Below are positions 28,914 through 39,419 of a stretch of DNA of 64,000 bases, piece by piece. This DNA comes from a virus. The stretch is taken from positions 32,001 through 96,000 of the IMG/VR virus record IMGVR_UViG_3300010885_026047, one strand, 5' to 3'. Positions within the stretch are counted from its first letter, which is position 1. Each line of letters opens with the position of its first letter. Both the position numbers and the translations under genes were made by a program. The notes beneath the pieces are model-generated. The model saw nothing but the letters and a program-made list of their open reading frames with translations, searched no databases and was not told the DNA's origin.

Positions 28914-31900
28914 ATGTCTTTTCAACTGCTTGGTGTCTGGAACGCACAAACCAACTTGACCTCTACCGGTATACACCTTGCTGACGGTACTGGTACTACT
29001 GGAGACTGCTATACCTGCTGGACAAGTGGTACACAGAACCTTGGACATGGGTTCTTTAACTATCAGCAAGGGCAAGTTATCTTATATACAAACGGTCAGT
29101 GGGTATGGCCTGGTTCTAACGGAGAGATAGACTTCTCTCTTATCTTTCCAACCTTTACTTTAGCCGGAACCTGGAACCCGAACACAAACACAACATCTCT
29201 TGGAACACATCTTACTGCAGGAGTTGGTACTGCTGGTACTGTCTACACAGTTTCTACACCTGGTATCTGTGATCTTGGTTGGGGGCCTTTTAACTGGGCT
29301 ACCGGGTTTAACGTTGTGTACAGTAACGGTAAGTGGTTGTGGATAGGTAAAGATCTTGTTTGTAACTATGGTAACACATCCGGTGGAACTGGTGGTGGGA
29401 CCGGAACAGTTACTTACGTGAACATCCAAACATCTGGTTCTGGCCTATCTGTATCTGGTGGACCTGTAACATCTTCTGGAACTTTCCTACTGCAGAACAC
29501 ATTACCTGATCGTACTGTAGTACTCAACCAAGGTCCTGGTATATCTGTTACTGGTACTTACCCAAACTTTACAGTTTCTACTTCTGGTAGTACAAGCCAG
29601 ACATCTGGTACTGTAACCTCTTTCAACACATCTGGTCTATCCACACTCTTCACCACAAGTGTCAGTAACCCAACTACAACTCCATACCTTACCTTCTCAC
29701 CTATAGCTGAGAACCAGAACTTGTTCTTTGCCAGTCCTAATGGTTCTTCTGGCATACCCTTGTGGAGAGCTTTAACAGTCAACGACTTTAACAGTGGTAC
29801 AAGTGCAAACGCTACAACTTTCTGGCGTGGGGACGGAACCTGGGCAACTCCTTCCAGTACTACTTATACTGGTACATCAGGTGTAACTGTATCTGGTACA
29901 TCCATCTACCTGGCACCTATAGCAGCTAACTCTGTACTAGCTAATGTTGGTTCCGGTTCAGGTTCGCCATTTAGTGCCCTGTCTTACTCTGCTGTAAGTG
30001 CTGTAAACAGTCTTGTATATAGAGACGCTAACCAAAATGCCTTTGCCAATAACTTTACATCTAAGGGAACTAATGTTGTATCTGCAGGAAGTACTACTAT
30101 ACTTACAGCAGCATCTACCCGGTTACAAAATCTCACAGGTTCAGCTAACCAGACATTTCAACTACCAGATGCAACAACACTGTCCATAGGGGCAAGGTTC
30201 ACTTTCAACAATAACAGTACAGGTGTTCTAACAGTAACTAATAATGGAGGTATTACCATAGCGACTTGTCCTGCAGGAGGTGCTATAGAAGTTTTTGAGA
30301 TAGCAGCATCTACACCAAATGGAGCATGGGACTATCACTTCTATATACCTGCCAATGTACAATGGGGTACAACTGCTCTTATCTATTCTGGTCCTATAAC
30401 AGCTACAAAGTTTGTTACATCTGGAGGTACTTCCTCTCAGTTTGTAAAAGGGGATGGTACTCTTGACAGTACTATATATAGTACTACATCAGGTACAGTT
30501 ACTTCTGTAAGTTTACTCTTACCAAGTTCTGTGTTCTCTATATCCGGATCACCTGTTACTTCTTCAGGTACACTTACTGGAACACTTCAGACACAAACAG
30601 CAAACACTTTTTTTGCAGGACCTGTCAGTGGTTCTACAGCACAACCTACCTTTAGAGCTATAGTTGCTGGAGATCTTCCTTCCAGTACTGGAACAGTTGC
30701 CAGTTTCTCATCTGGTAATCTTGTACCTTTATTTACTACAACTATAGCAAATCCTACTACAAACCCTGCACTTACTTTCAATCTTTCTTCTGCAGGAGCT
30801 AAGACTATCTTTGGTAACCAAACATCTGCCAGTACAACACCTTCTTTCTTTATACCTATCTTAGCTGTGGGTCCTTTTGGTTCTGAAGGAGCAACAACGC
30901 AGGTACTACACGGTAATCCAAGTGGTAACCTATCTTGGTCCCAGGTCAACCTTGCTGCAGATGTTACTGGAAACTTACCTGTTACAAACCTTAACTCTGG
31001 CAGTAGTGCGGGAGCTACAACGTTCTGGAGAGGTGATGGTATATGGGCACAAACATCAGGTTCATCTATAACTCCTGGAGGATCATCTACACAGGTTCAG
31101 TATAACAATGCGGGTACTTTTGGAGGAGCTGCTCTAACTAACATTGCTACGGACGGCAATCTGTCCTTAGTTAGTACTTCCGGAGCTACAAATGCTATAT
31201 CAGGATCACTAAAAGTATATAGTAATAACCAAACAGGAATAGATGAGCTGCATGTAGTACCGTCTATAGGAATAGAAAGTATACTGCAAAACTCTTTAGG
31301 GCAAAATCAATGGGGTAGTTGGGATCTTAGTGGAGTAGTTACCACTGCTACACAAGGAGGTATATACAATCAGGCATTAGGATTTTCAGGAACACCAGTA
31401 GCTTCTACGAGAACTTATGATTCTACTAATCTTGTTCCTAATCATATGTACTTGAAATATCCTACGGGTTCAGGAAATAATTCTCAAGCAGAGTTATATT
31501 TTAGTTCTACTGCCAGGGCATCAATGATTGGTAATAATACATATGGAGGTGGTTCAAAATGGGTTGGTAAATTTAACCTTCCACAATATACTTCTGCTAA
31601 TAGAGTGTTTGTAGGATACGCATCTTCTGCTAGTGCATTAGGAACAACAGTTGACCCTTCCACATATACCAACATAATTGGTGTTGGTAAGGATGTTGCA
31701 GATACTACTTTACAGATAATGTTTAACGGTAGTGCAGGTACAGCTACAAAAGTAAATACGGGAATAACACCAACTGCTAATGATGAATATAGAGTTACAA
31801 TAATAATTTTACCTTCTGGTACAACATCCTATGTAACACTAGAAAGATTTACAAAGTCAGCTGTGACAACATTTAGTTCATCAAACTCTGCTAAGATGCC

Positions 31901-32006
31901 GGCAGCAGGTACTCTAATGTACTTTCACATGGCTGTAAATTCAGGTTCTGCATCTGTTGGTGTAACATCAATAGGTATTCTCCACATATTTGAAGAAATT
32001 TATTAA
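28914..32006 (+). CDS. Ser/Thr/Gly-rich tail or head fibre protein
   Basis: 1030 aa; repeated GTVTS, TTFWRGDG.WA x2, SSQFVKGDG and GSSTQVQYN fibre motifs. Confidence 0.8.
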   Translation: MSFQLLGVWNAQTNLTSTGIHLADGTGTTGDCYTCWTSGTQNLGHGFFNYQQGQVILYTNGQWVWPGSNGEIDFSLIFPTFTLAGTWNPNTNTTSLGTHLTAGVGTAGTVYTVSTPGICDLGWGPFNWATGFNVVYSNGKWLWIGKDLVCNYGNTSGGTGGGTGTVTYVNIQTSGSGLSVSGGPVTSSGTFLLQNTLPDRTVVLNQGPGISVTGTYPNFTVSTSGSTSQTSGTVTSFNTSGLSTLFTTSVSNPTTTPYLTFSPIAENQNLFFASPNGSSGIPLWRALTVNDFNSGTSANATTFWRGDGTWATPSSTTYTGTSGVTVSGTSIYLAPIAANSVLANVGSGSGSPFSALSYSAVSAVNSLVYRDANQNAFANNFTSKGTNVVSAGSTTILTAASTRLQNLTGSANQTFQLPDATTLSIGARFTFNNNSTGVLTVTNNGGITIATCPAGGAIEVFEIAASTPNGAWDYHFYIPANVQWGTTALIYSGPITATKFVTSGGTSSQFVKGDGTLDSTIYSTTSGTVTSVSLLLPSSVFSISGSPVTSSGTLTGTLQTQTANTFFAGPVSGSTAQPTFRAIVAGDLPSSTGTVASFSSGNLVPLFTTTIANPTTNPALTFNLSSAGAKTIFGNQTSASTTPSFFIPILAVGPFGSEGATTQVLHGNPSGNLSWSQVNLAADVTGNLPVTNLNSGSSAGATTFWRGDGIWAQTSGSSITPGGSSTQVQYNNAGTFGGAALTNIATDGNLSLVSTSGATNAISGSLKVYSNNQTGIDELHVVPSIGIESILQNSLGQNQWGSWDLSGVVTTATQGGIYNQALGFSGTPVASTRTYDSTNLVPNHMYLKYPTGSGNNSQAELYFSSTARASMIGNNTYGGGSKWVGKFNLPQYTSANRVFVGYASSASALGTTVDPSTYTNIIGVGKDVADTTLQIMFNGSAGTATKVNTGITPTANDEYRVTIIILPSGTTSYVTLERFTKSAVTTFSSSNSAKMPAAGTLMYFHMAVNSGSASVGVTSIGILHIFEEIY

Positions 32007-32007
32007 T

Positions 32008-32295
32008 ATGCAAATACAAGCAATAGCACAAACCAATGATCCCACAAAGATAGCTACCGAATTAGAGGTAACTACAAGAGATCCTACAGAGTTATCTATA
32101 TACGCTGTCTGGAAGTTGACAGATGTTAATGGTGCTTATGTAAATGACGGATCGTGTTTACTAACAGACGATGGCTCAGATCCAAACAATATTATAAATG
32201 ACTACACAAAGTACTTATCGGATAACTCTTATTTATACACTTATGTAGTAAACTTATTAGGATTAACAGTTGTAAGTTTCAATACTATTGTATAG
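32008..32295 (+). CDS. fibre-associated small protein (possible chaperone)
   Basis: immediately follows the fibre gene and shares its atypical composition. Confidence 0.55.
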   Translation: MQIQAIAQTNDPTKIATELEVTTRDPTELSIYAVWKLTDVNGAYVNDGSCLLTDDGSDPNNIINDYTKYLSDNSYLYTYVVNLLGLTVVSFNTIV

Positions 32296-32326
32296 ATTTG
32301 CATTGAACTAAACTAACAGTATAAAA

Positions 32327-32767
32327 ATGGCAAACGAAAAAGAACCACAGATGGACCCTTCGATGTTACCAGAAATATCGGATATCAGTAACTTCCAGGT
32401 ATCGGGGCAGAGGACAGTTATCAAACCAACTAATGACTATGCTATAAAGACCAAAGGTGGGGTGTACTTCCCGGAGAAGACTGCTGAACTAAGACGTAGG
32501 ACAACACTCTCTAAAGGAGAAGTGATGTGTGTAGGCAGCGCAGTTACAGAGACAAAAGTTGGACAACATGTATACTTTTATTGGCATGAAGGAGATGGTA
32601 TGATACGTGAGATCAACAAGACTGGTAAGACTACTGACGATGATGTTATCTATGTGATACTACCAGAGTACTCTATACGCGGATATATAGTAGACAATGC
32701 TGTAGAACAAACTGCAAAAGAGCTTAGAGATAAGTTGGTACAACCCTCTTCTATACTACTTGCATAA
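32327..32767 (+). CDS. groES: GroES-like co-chaperonin
   Basis: GQRTVIKP, TKGGVYFP mobile loop, GEVMCVG, KVG..V and YVILPE..I motifs. Confidence 0.8.
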   Translation: MANEKEPQMDPSMLPEISDISNFQVSGQRTVIKPTNDYAIKTKGGVYFPEKTAELRRRTTLSKGEVMCVGSAVTETKVGQHVYFYWHEGDGMIREINKTGKTTDDDVIYVILPEYSIRGYIVDNAVEQTAKELRDKLVQPSSILLA

Positions 32768-32833
32768 AAAAGTTTTGTTCTTTTCATATATAGTTTATAC
32801 CTTGCATCTTTGTTAACAAAAAAACTAAACAAC

Positions 32834-32974
32834 ATGGCAACAAGTCCAAAACCAAAACAGATGGCTGGAGACACTGCTAAAGCAGTAAAGAAAGTTCCGG
32901 TAGCTCCACCAAAGACACCTGCTTCTATGAAGAAAGGTGGAAAGATGATGAAGAAAGGCGGGAAGATGTGTTAA
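32834..32974 (+). CDS. 46-aa basic peptide with MKKGGK x2 (not in ORF track)
   Basis: MATSPKPKQMAGDTAKAVKKVPVAPPKTPASMKKGGKMMKKGGKMC; A-rich leader and downstream terminator. Confidence 0.7.
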   Translation: MATSPKPKQMAGDTAKAVKKVPVAPPKTPASMKKGGKMMKKGGKMC

Positions 32975-33000
32975 GCCACATACAGCCTTTTAAAGAGAAG

Positions 33001-33028
33001 AGAGTATCCACCAGGGTACTCTTTTTTT
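33001..33028 (+). terminator. intrinsic terminator
   Basis: AGAGTATCC/GGGTACTCT plus T run. Confidence 0.7.
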
Positions 33029-33126
33029 ATGTGCAAAAATAAACTTTTACAAACACTTGGTTTTATCAGATGCACTTTATACTTTTGTTACATCAAACAA
33101 CTTTAAAAGTTTAAAACACTAAGACG

Positions 33127-33903
33127 ATGGAAATACCAATGATGGGACTAGGTAAGACAGAAACTGATATAGAGACTCAGTACGAACAAGGTCCTCCTCC
33201 TGTAACAGAAATGTCTATACCCGGACAACCTTCTTACGAAGAGTGGAAAGCTCAACAGTCTGAGATGGTTGCAAAGATGAAAGCTGAGATAGACGATCTC
33301 CGTCTTGTCAGTGAGTATAACCGTCTTATGGTTGAAGGAGAAGAGTTAACTCTTCGTCAGATGGAAGCCAAGGTTATGTTGGGTCAGGTAGACATCAGCA
33401 CTTTACCTGAGTGCCCAAAGAAGTGGGAGCTTATGGTAAGGATAGATAAAGCTGCTGTTATGGCTGGAAGGAAACCTGTACGTAACGCAGAAGGACAACT
33501 TGTGATACAAGGTCTTGCTGGTTTAGAACTGGCAGTAAACGAAACCCAGGCACAGGACTATCTTACCCGGAAACAGGTAGACATCCAACAGGTCGTACAG
33601 ATGCACAAAGAGAAAGAACAAGCTCTACAAGAAGTTTCTCTGAAGACTGGTTTAGAACTTGTTATACTATATACACCTGATCCGAAAGTAGTAGGGCAGA
33701 TAAACGCTCTTGTACAAGGTAAGGATATAGAGACTGCGGGACCTATGGAGTTACCTGAAGGTATAACTACTATAACTTTCCAGGTTCCTAACGGAGACAG
33801 GAAGAGTGATGTAAGTATGAACCCTGGGGACTATATAGTAAAGTGTAAAGACGGAGTTGTTTGTGTACTAACAAGTGAAGACTATCAGAAGTGGAACAAG
33901 TAA
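33127..33903 (+). CDS. hypothetical protein
   Basis: 258-aa ORF with a TACTTTTG -7 element upstream. Confidence 0.7.
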   Translation: MEIPMMGLGKTETDIETQYEQGPPPVTEMSIPGQPSYEEWKAQQSEMVAKMKAEIDDLRLVSEYNRLMVEGEELTLRQMEAKVMLGQVDISTLPECPKKWELMVRIDKAAVMAGRKPVRNAEGQLVIQGLAGLELAVNETQAQDYLTRKQVDIQQVVQMHKEKEQALQEVSLKTGLELVILYTPDPKVVGQINALVQGKDIETAGPMELPEGITTITFQVPNGDRKSDVSMNPGDYIVKCKDGVVCVLTSEDYQKWNK

Positions 33904-34286
33904 CACTTAATACATATAAGCGGGTTATAGGTGGTATGGAACTAGCAAGTATCATACTCTTTCAGTTACGTGTACACTGTTATCTAAAGTCTATCCAGTT
34001 AACTGAGATGGAAGAGAAGTACACAGTGGAGATGGCTATAACCGGTGGTACGTGGGACCTGAAGAAGTTCTGTGATCATGTAGTAGAGAAAGGTCTAAGT
34101 TACTCTACAGAAAGTTCAAGGACTATACTCGATCACTTAGAAACTAAAGGGTTAGTAGTTAAAGAAGGACACTACAGAAAGATGGTTAAGTTAAACCCGG
34201 AGATGGGTATACAGGTAGAGGGGACGGTGTTAGTGGATATAAAACTTAGCAACTATATAGCAAATGGTTCCAAGGAAAGCAACTGA
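33891..34286 (+). CDS. putative winged-helix DNA-binding protein
   Basis: S.R..L..LE.KGLVVK...LNP pattern. Confidence 0.55.
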   Translation: MEQVTLNTYKRVIGGMELASIILFQLRVHCYLKSIQLTEMEEKYTVEMAITGGTWDLKKFCDHVVEKGLSYSTESSRTILDHLETKGLVVKEGHYRKMVKLNPEMGIQVEGTVLVDIKLSNYIANGSKESN

Positions 34287-34626
34287 GTTGGGTAATGAGT
34301 TTGCTGACAAGAAAGGTATACCGAGAGCACATATGTTAGATATGCTCACGTTCTACTACAGGGATATCCGGACAGTCTGCAGTAAGTTACAACATCCAAA
34401 CGTATCTATCAACGGACTAGGTTACATGAAACCCTCAGTACCGAAGCTAAAGAAAGGAAGAGCAGGAGCTATAAAGTGGACTAAGGACTTTGACAAGACA
34501 GGTAAGGATAAAACTACACAGTACTATACCAAGAAAGAGAACGCTGCACTTATGGACAAGATGATAGATACTTGCATAGAGATACGTAAAGCACACAAGT
34601 TAGTTAAAAACCTAAGAAAGTCATGA
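34264..34626 (+). CDS. HU/IHF-like DNA-binding protein
   Basis: N-terminal helices then NVSINGLGYMKP (compare V.I.GFG.F); basic. Confidence 0.55.
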   Translation: MVPRKATELGNEFADKKGIPRAHMLDMLTFYYRDIRTVCSKLQHPNVSINGLGYMKPSVPKLKKGRAGAIKWTKDFDKTGKDKTTQYYTKKENAALMDKMIDTCIEIRKAHKLVKNLRKS

Positions 34627-35090
34627 TCTGGAGAGAGAAACTAAAACTTGCATGGGATAACAGAGCACAGATAGCAGATGGTTTCTGGAACGTGTACATA
34701 GGTTGTAAACCAGAGATAGAAGCTGAAGCACTTAGGAGAAAGACTATCTGTGAGAGTAATGTCTGTGGATCCTATGACAAGGATGGTAAACCGGAGACAT
34801 CTATGATACCAGGTCAACCAGCTTGTTCTATTTGTCACTGTAACATAAATGCTAAAGCTGCATGTACGTTTTGTTGGTGTGCTCTTCTTGACAAACAGAT
34901 ACTGAAGTTGAAAGAACTACGACCTGAGACAAACATACAAGATATAGATAGTTGTAGGGTACAGATCAAAGAGTTACAGGAGCAAGGTATAGATATGGGG
35001 CTAGATCCTTTGTGGGATGTGATGATGACAAAAGACCAGGACGATCTGATAAAGTCAAAGGAGTACACAGAGCAGTTTAAAAATAGGTAG
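34623..35090 (+). CDS. Cys-rich zinc-binding protein
   Basis: R..IC..NVC...CSICHC...K..C..C.C. Confidence 0.65.
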   Translation: MIWREKLKLAWDNRAQIADGFWNVYIGCKPEIEAEALRRKTICESNVCGSYDKDGKPETSMIPGQPACSICHCNINAKAACTFCWCALLDKQILKLKELRPETNIQDIDSCRVQIKELQEQGIDMGLDPLWDVMMTKDQDDLIKSKEYTEQFKNR

Positions 35091-35092
35091 TT

Positions 35093-35296
35093 ATGGAACC
35101 AAAGAAGTACTGGTGGATACACTACGATAGAGTTGGTATACAGATGTACCGTGAAAAAGAAACTGTTATAGATATACATCCGTTTCTATGGTTAAGTGAA
35201 ACGAAAAAACAAATGAAGTGGGAAGTCTGGTTAGTGAACTGGAAGTTGATAGACGTAACTGAGTATAACCTTTGGAAAGAACTAAACGATAAGTAG
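35093..35296 (+). CDS. small hypothetical protein
   Basis: 67-aa coupled ORF. Confidence 0.55.
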   Translation: MEPKKYWWIHYDRVGIQMYREKETVIDIHPFLWLSETKKQMKWEVWLVNWKLIDVTEYNLWKELNDK

Positions 35297-36114
35297 TGCT
35301 AAAGTTTCAAGAACAAAACCATCTATACTTTTCTCCTGATCAACCAGACAGAAAGTGGACTTCTATCACTGCGATAGTTGGGATGTTGCATGAACCGTTT
35401 AAGAGAGAAGATACTGCTTGGAAGTGTGCTCTGAGAAAACCTACAGACAAGTACCCGAACAAATGGTGGGGTATGACACAAGAACAGATACTTGCTGCTT
35501 GGGATGGAGAAGGTAAACGTAGCCAGGAACTCGGAAACTGGTATCACAACAAACGGGAAAGAGAACTTTGTGAGCCTGATAACCAGTTGATGTGGGGAGT
35601 AAGACCTCCAATAGTTGAAGATGGTATAAAGATATCCCGTGATCAGAAACTTGAAGATGGTATATACCCTGAACACTTAGTCTATCTTGACACTGCAGGT
35701 ATCTGTGGACAGAGTGACTATGTTGAGGTTAAAGAACACTCACTGAGGATACGAGACTACAAAACTTCCAAAGAGATCAAAAGAAAAGGTTTTGAGAGTA
35801 GTTGGTCTGGAGAGAAGATGATGACTGGTCCGGTAAAACATCTTGGAGACTGTGAGTACTGGCACTATGCTTTACAACTTTCTCTCTATGCTTACTGTAT
35901 ACAGAGACATAACCCAAGACTTACACATGTAGACTTAGCTGTAGAACATATAAAGTTTGTTTTGGAAGGAGAAGATAAGTTTGGCTATCCCATTGTTCTT
36001 AGACATATCAACGGAGACCCCGTAGTTAAAGAGATAGAACTTGTCCAACTCCCATACTTACTGAAAGAGGTCAAAGCAGTTTTAGAGTGGCTTAAAACAA
36101 AACAAAAGGACTGA
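35296..36114 (+). CDS. PD-(D/E)XK nuclease (RecB/Cas4-like)
   Basis: H.Y, SIT, GN..H, PE, GQSD, IRDYKTS, Y.LQLSLYAY. Confidence 0.9.
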   Translation: MLKFQEQNHLYFSPDQPDRKWTSITAIVGMLHEPFKREDTAWKCALRKPTDKYPNKWWGMTQEQILAAWDGEGKRSQELGNWYHNKRERELCEPDNQLMWGVRPPIVEDGIKISRDQKLEDGIYPEHLVYLDTAGICGQSDYVEVKEHSLRIRDYKTSKEIKRKGFESSWSGEKMMTGPVKHLGDCEYWHYALQLSLYAYCIQRHNPRLTHVDLAVEHIKFVLEGEDKFGYPIVLRHINGDPVVKEIELVQLPYLLKEVKAVLEWLKTKQKD

Positions 36115-37226
36115 TGAGGATACAAGTAGTAGCAAGACATAAGCAGGGTTGCGACTGGTTCAGATGTGTTCTACCAGCTATATATCTACAGAAAGATATA
36201 GAGTGGTGTAAGAACAACTCTATAGAGATGCTATGGATAGCTCACGATGAACTGAAGATAGACTGTGACATACTTATCTACAACAAACTTATAGCTACTA
36301 CTATAGAACGTTTAAAGCACCTGAAGAAGAACGGCATGAAGATAGTGGTAGACGTAGACGATCACTGGATACTTCCTCCCGGACATGCTCACTACCAACA
36401 GTGGATGACTTGTACAGAACCAGGACAAACCAAGAGTAACTCTGAACTAACTGAAGAACACATGAGACTGGCAGATGTAGTTACTTGCACATCTATGAGA
36501 CTGCAGGAAGTTATCAGGAAGTTCAACAAGAACACAGTAGTTATACCAAACGCTCTCCCCTTCGGTCATGGGTTATACCAGCAGGGTATCAGGGAACCAA
36601 ACGATAAGATGGTGTTTCTCTATGCCGGAGGGGTTAGTCACTTACCTGATGTAGAACTACTAAAGGGGAAGTTTCAACGCATAGGCACTGACCCCTACTT
36701 AGTACAGAGAGCAGAGTTCGTACTTGCCGGATACGAGAAAGAGAAACAGAAGTTATACAAAACCAAACAGGACTACGAACAGAGAAATAGTAACTTTACA
36801 ACCAAAGATATACATGGCCTCTATGACGATATGGTAAGTATCTTTAAACAGACCAATAGTTACAAAGTTATAAATTCAGAACCTGTAAACAAGTATATAA
36901 GTTGTTATGATCAGGCAGATGTAGTACTTGCACCTCTGGTAGAAAACACCTGGAACTCGTTCAAGAGCAACTTAAAAGTTCTTGAAGCAAGCTCAAGAGA
37001 ACTGCCGATCATATGTTCTGCAGTAGCTCCATATTCTGACCTTAGACCTTGTGAAGGGATCATGTTTGTAGAAAAGTCATCTGACTGGATAGACTATATC
37101 AGAAAGTGTGTGAAAGAACCACAGTGGACAAAAGATATGGGTTTACAGTTAGCAAGTTGGATAAGAGAAGAGTACAACCTTGTAAGGTGGAACTTAGTAA
37201 GACAACAGTTATATAGTACTTTATAG
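36114..37226 (+). CDS. GT-B (GT4-like) glycosyltransferase
   Basis: G..W.R..LP, VVDVDDHW, ADVVT, VIPNA, AGG.SH..D, LAPL...WN..KSNLKVLE, PIICS...PY. Confidence 0.85.
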   Translation: MRIQVVARHKQGCDWFRCVLPAIYLQKDIEWCKNNSIEMLWIAHDELKIDCDILIYNKLIATTIERLKHLKKNGMKIVVDVDDHWILPPGHAHYQQWMTCTEPGQTKSNSELTEEHMRLADVVTCTSMRLQEVIRKFNKNTVVIPNALPFGHGLYQQGIREPNDKMVFLYAGGVSHLPDVELLKGKFQRIGTDPYLVQRAEFVLAGYEKEKQKLYKTKQDYEQRNSNFTTKDIHGLYDDMVSIFKQTNSYKVINSEPVNKYISCYDQADVVLAPLVENTWNSFKSNLKVLEASSRELPIICSAVAPYSDLRPCEGIMFVEKSSDWIDYIRKCVKEPQWTKDMGLQLASWIREEYNLVRWNLVRQQLYSTL

Positions 37227-37227
37227 T

Positions 37228-37431
37228 ATGAACATGATAGCAAGATACAGACTAAGAGCAGCTATACAGTTCCATATCATCATGAGAGATAACGCTATCT
37301 ATGCAACACATCATGGTATATGTATAGGTTCTCCAAGTCACGATGTCTATGTTAAGATGCAAAGTGATACTGCAGAAAGAGAACAGAGATGTATAAACCG
37401 TATAGAGAAACTTTTAAAACGATATAAGTGA
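37228..37431 (+). CDS. small hypothetical protein
   Basis: 67-aa coupled ORF. Confidence 0.5.
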   Translation: MNMIARYRLRAAIQFHIIMRDNAIYATHHGICIGSPSHDVYVKMQSDTAEREQRCINRIEKLLKRYK

Positions 37432-37988
37432 TAAAACTGTTTGACATAAGTGGAGGTAAAGTGATCCCAAGTGAGCATGTGTATGTCATACCTCGGCTAA
37501 AGAAGATCATGGAACTATACCCAGATCAGTACCTGGAGATATATAGTTACTTGTTCTACACTACATGTCCTGATAGTACTATGAACCCATATGTCAACCA
37601 ACCTGAAGATATGAGAGAAGAGGTTATCATAGCAGACCTTGGACCATCTTTCTCTCTTGACGATAAGGTTATAGAAGAGACAAGAAAGTGGTGTGAGAAG
37701 ATGTACGAGACACCTACACTACGATCCTGGAGAGGTGCCAAGAAGATGCTGGATAAGGTTGGTATATACCTGGCAGATAGCGAGATAACAGACGGTAAGG
37801 ACACTAATGGTATGTTGATAGACAGGTTTATGAGCAAGCTTGGAGACTATCATGACATCTACAAGAAGATGGATAACGAAGTAAAAGAAGAACAAGCCAA
37901 AGTCCGAGGCAATGTAAAAATACCGTATTTCCAGCGACCAGGGTACATAGATAAAAAACAAGAAGACGATGATAACACTGAAGGATAA
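37428..37988 (+). CDS. conserved crAss-like protein, candidate terminase small subunit
   Basis: KLF......YETPT.R...C-terminal VRG; recalled as the gene type that precedes TerL in crAss-like genomes. Confidence 0.45.
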   Translation: MIKLFDISGGKVIPSEHVYVIPRLKKIMELYPDQYLEIYSYLFYTTCPDSTMNPYVNQPEDMREEVIIADLGPSFSLDDKVIEETRKWCEKMYETPTLRSWRGAKKMLDKVGIYLADSEITDGKDTNGMLIDRFMSKLGDYHDIYKKMDNEVKEEQAKVRGNVKIPYFQRPGYIDKKQEDDDNTEG

Positions 37989-38017
37989 ACATCCCGTAAC
38001 CGGAGAACAACTTGACG

Positions 38018-38605
38018 ATGAGTGAACCACTAGTAACTTTTATAGCTGTCTGTCACAACGAGGTAAGACATAACAGACCCTTCATAGACTCTATGCTCAG
38101 TCAGATAGACACTAACTGGAAAGCTATCGTATATCATAATGGTCCAAACGAAAGGATGAAAGAATGGGTAGAGAGTTACCATGACGAAAGACTTATCTAC
38201 ATGGAGAGTGCTGTAGATGAAGGTAACTGGGGTACTGCTAACCGACAGAGAGCTATAGATACCTGTACCACATCTTATATAGTACAAACTTCTATACAAG
38301 ACTACTGGCTACCCCAAGCCGTGAAGTATATCAACGAGACTATAGTAAAACATGACCCGCAGATAATGGTATGGGATAGCATCAACCACTTAGTAGGACC
38401 TTGTCTGAAGTTGGATGGTCAACTTGCATGGAGTAAGTGTGACTGGGGTCAGTTTGCTTTAAAGACATGGATAGCTAAGAAGGTAGGTATAAAAAGAGGC
38501 GATGTGTATTGTGGAGACTGGGCTTTTGTAGAAGAGGTACTGAAGTCAGGATATATAAGTAAACAACCTATAAAACTCGGAGCAATCCTGACATGTCATA
38601 ACTAG
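38018..38605 (+). CDS. GT-A (GT2-like) glycosyltransferase
   Basis: VTFI...S.L.Q..TNW..IV..NG, NWG..NR, QD.Y, D.GQF, GDW.F, L..HN. Confidence 0.8.
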   Translation: MSEPLVTFIAVCHNEVRHNRPFIDSMLSQIDTNWKAIVYHNGPNERMKEWVESYHDERLIYMESAVDEGNWGTANRQRAIDTCTTSYIVQTSIQDYWLPQAVKYINETIVKHDPQIMVWDSINHLVGPCLKLDGQLAWSKCDWGQFALKTWIAKKVGIKRGDVYCGDWAFVEEVLKSGYISKQPIKLGAILTCHN

Positions 38606-38744
38606 AAACTATGAAAGAAGTAGGAGATACTATAACTATAAAAGCTGATGATGGAAGTCAGGAAACTGGAACTATCTATGCAATAGTTTCTGGACACTAC
38701 TGGGTAAACTTTTCTTTTGGTTCACTTGCAATACGGATAGACTT

Positions 38745-39419
38745 ATGAAGAACATACCATGTATACTTATAAATCGTGACCGACTTTCTTGTACAGAGAA
38801 GTTAGTTGATCAGTTACTCTTACTAGGTTACACAAACTTGTATATCTTAGATATGGATAGTAGTTATCCGACTCTCCTGTCTTGGTACAAAGACAACAAA
38901 AACTTCACTCTTATACAGTCAGAGAACACCGGACACAAAACTTTGTGGGAGAAAAACCTGTTACGTAACTTGTTTTCAGAACATGAGTGGGTTGCAGTTA
39001 CAGACTCCGATATAGCTTTGTCTCCAGATACACCAAAAGGTTTTATAGAGCAGATGATAACTGTAGCTAAGGACTTCAGAACAGATAAAGTTGGTTTGGC
39101 TATAAAGTACAAAGACATAACAAACCCTCACTTGTTCAAGATCATAGAACCGATAGAGAGTAACTACTGGAAGAACAGGTTACCCCATCCAAGATATACT
39201 ACATACTCGGCACCTGTAGACACCACTCTCTGTGTAGTGAGACCAAACAAACCTTTTCAGTACCAGGCTGTGAGGTTAGCTGACTGGTCTATACAACATC
39301 TTGACTGGTACATGGACTTTGAGAAGTTAACAGAAGAGCAGACTTACTACTTTGAACACGCAGATCCAAAGGTATCAACAACTAAACAACACTATCTGAA
39401 GTGGAAAAACAAGGGCTGA
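38745..39419 (+). CDS. GT-A (GT2-like) glycosyltransferase
   Basis: I.NRDR, ILD..SSY, VTDSD (DxD), KVG.A, APVDTT, HL.WY. Confidence 0.8.
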   Translation: MKNIPCILINRDRLSCTEKLVDQLLLLGYTNLYILDMDSSYPTLLSWYKDNKNFTLIQSENTGHKTLWEKNLLRNLFSEHEWVAVTDSDIALSPDTPKGFIEQMITVAKDFRTDKVGLAIKYKDITNPHLFKIIEPIESNYWKNRLPHPRYTTYSAPVDTTLCVVRPNKPFQYQAVRLADWSIQHLDWYMDFEKLTEEQTYYFEHADPKVSTTKQHYLKWKNKG

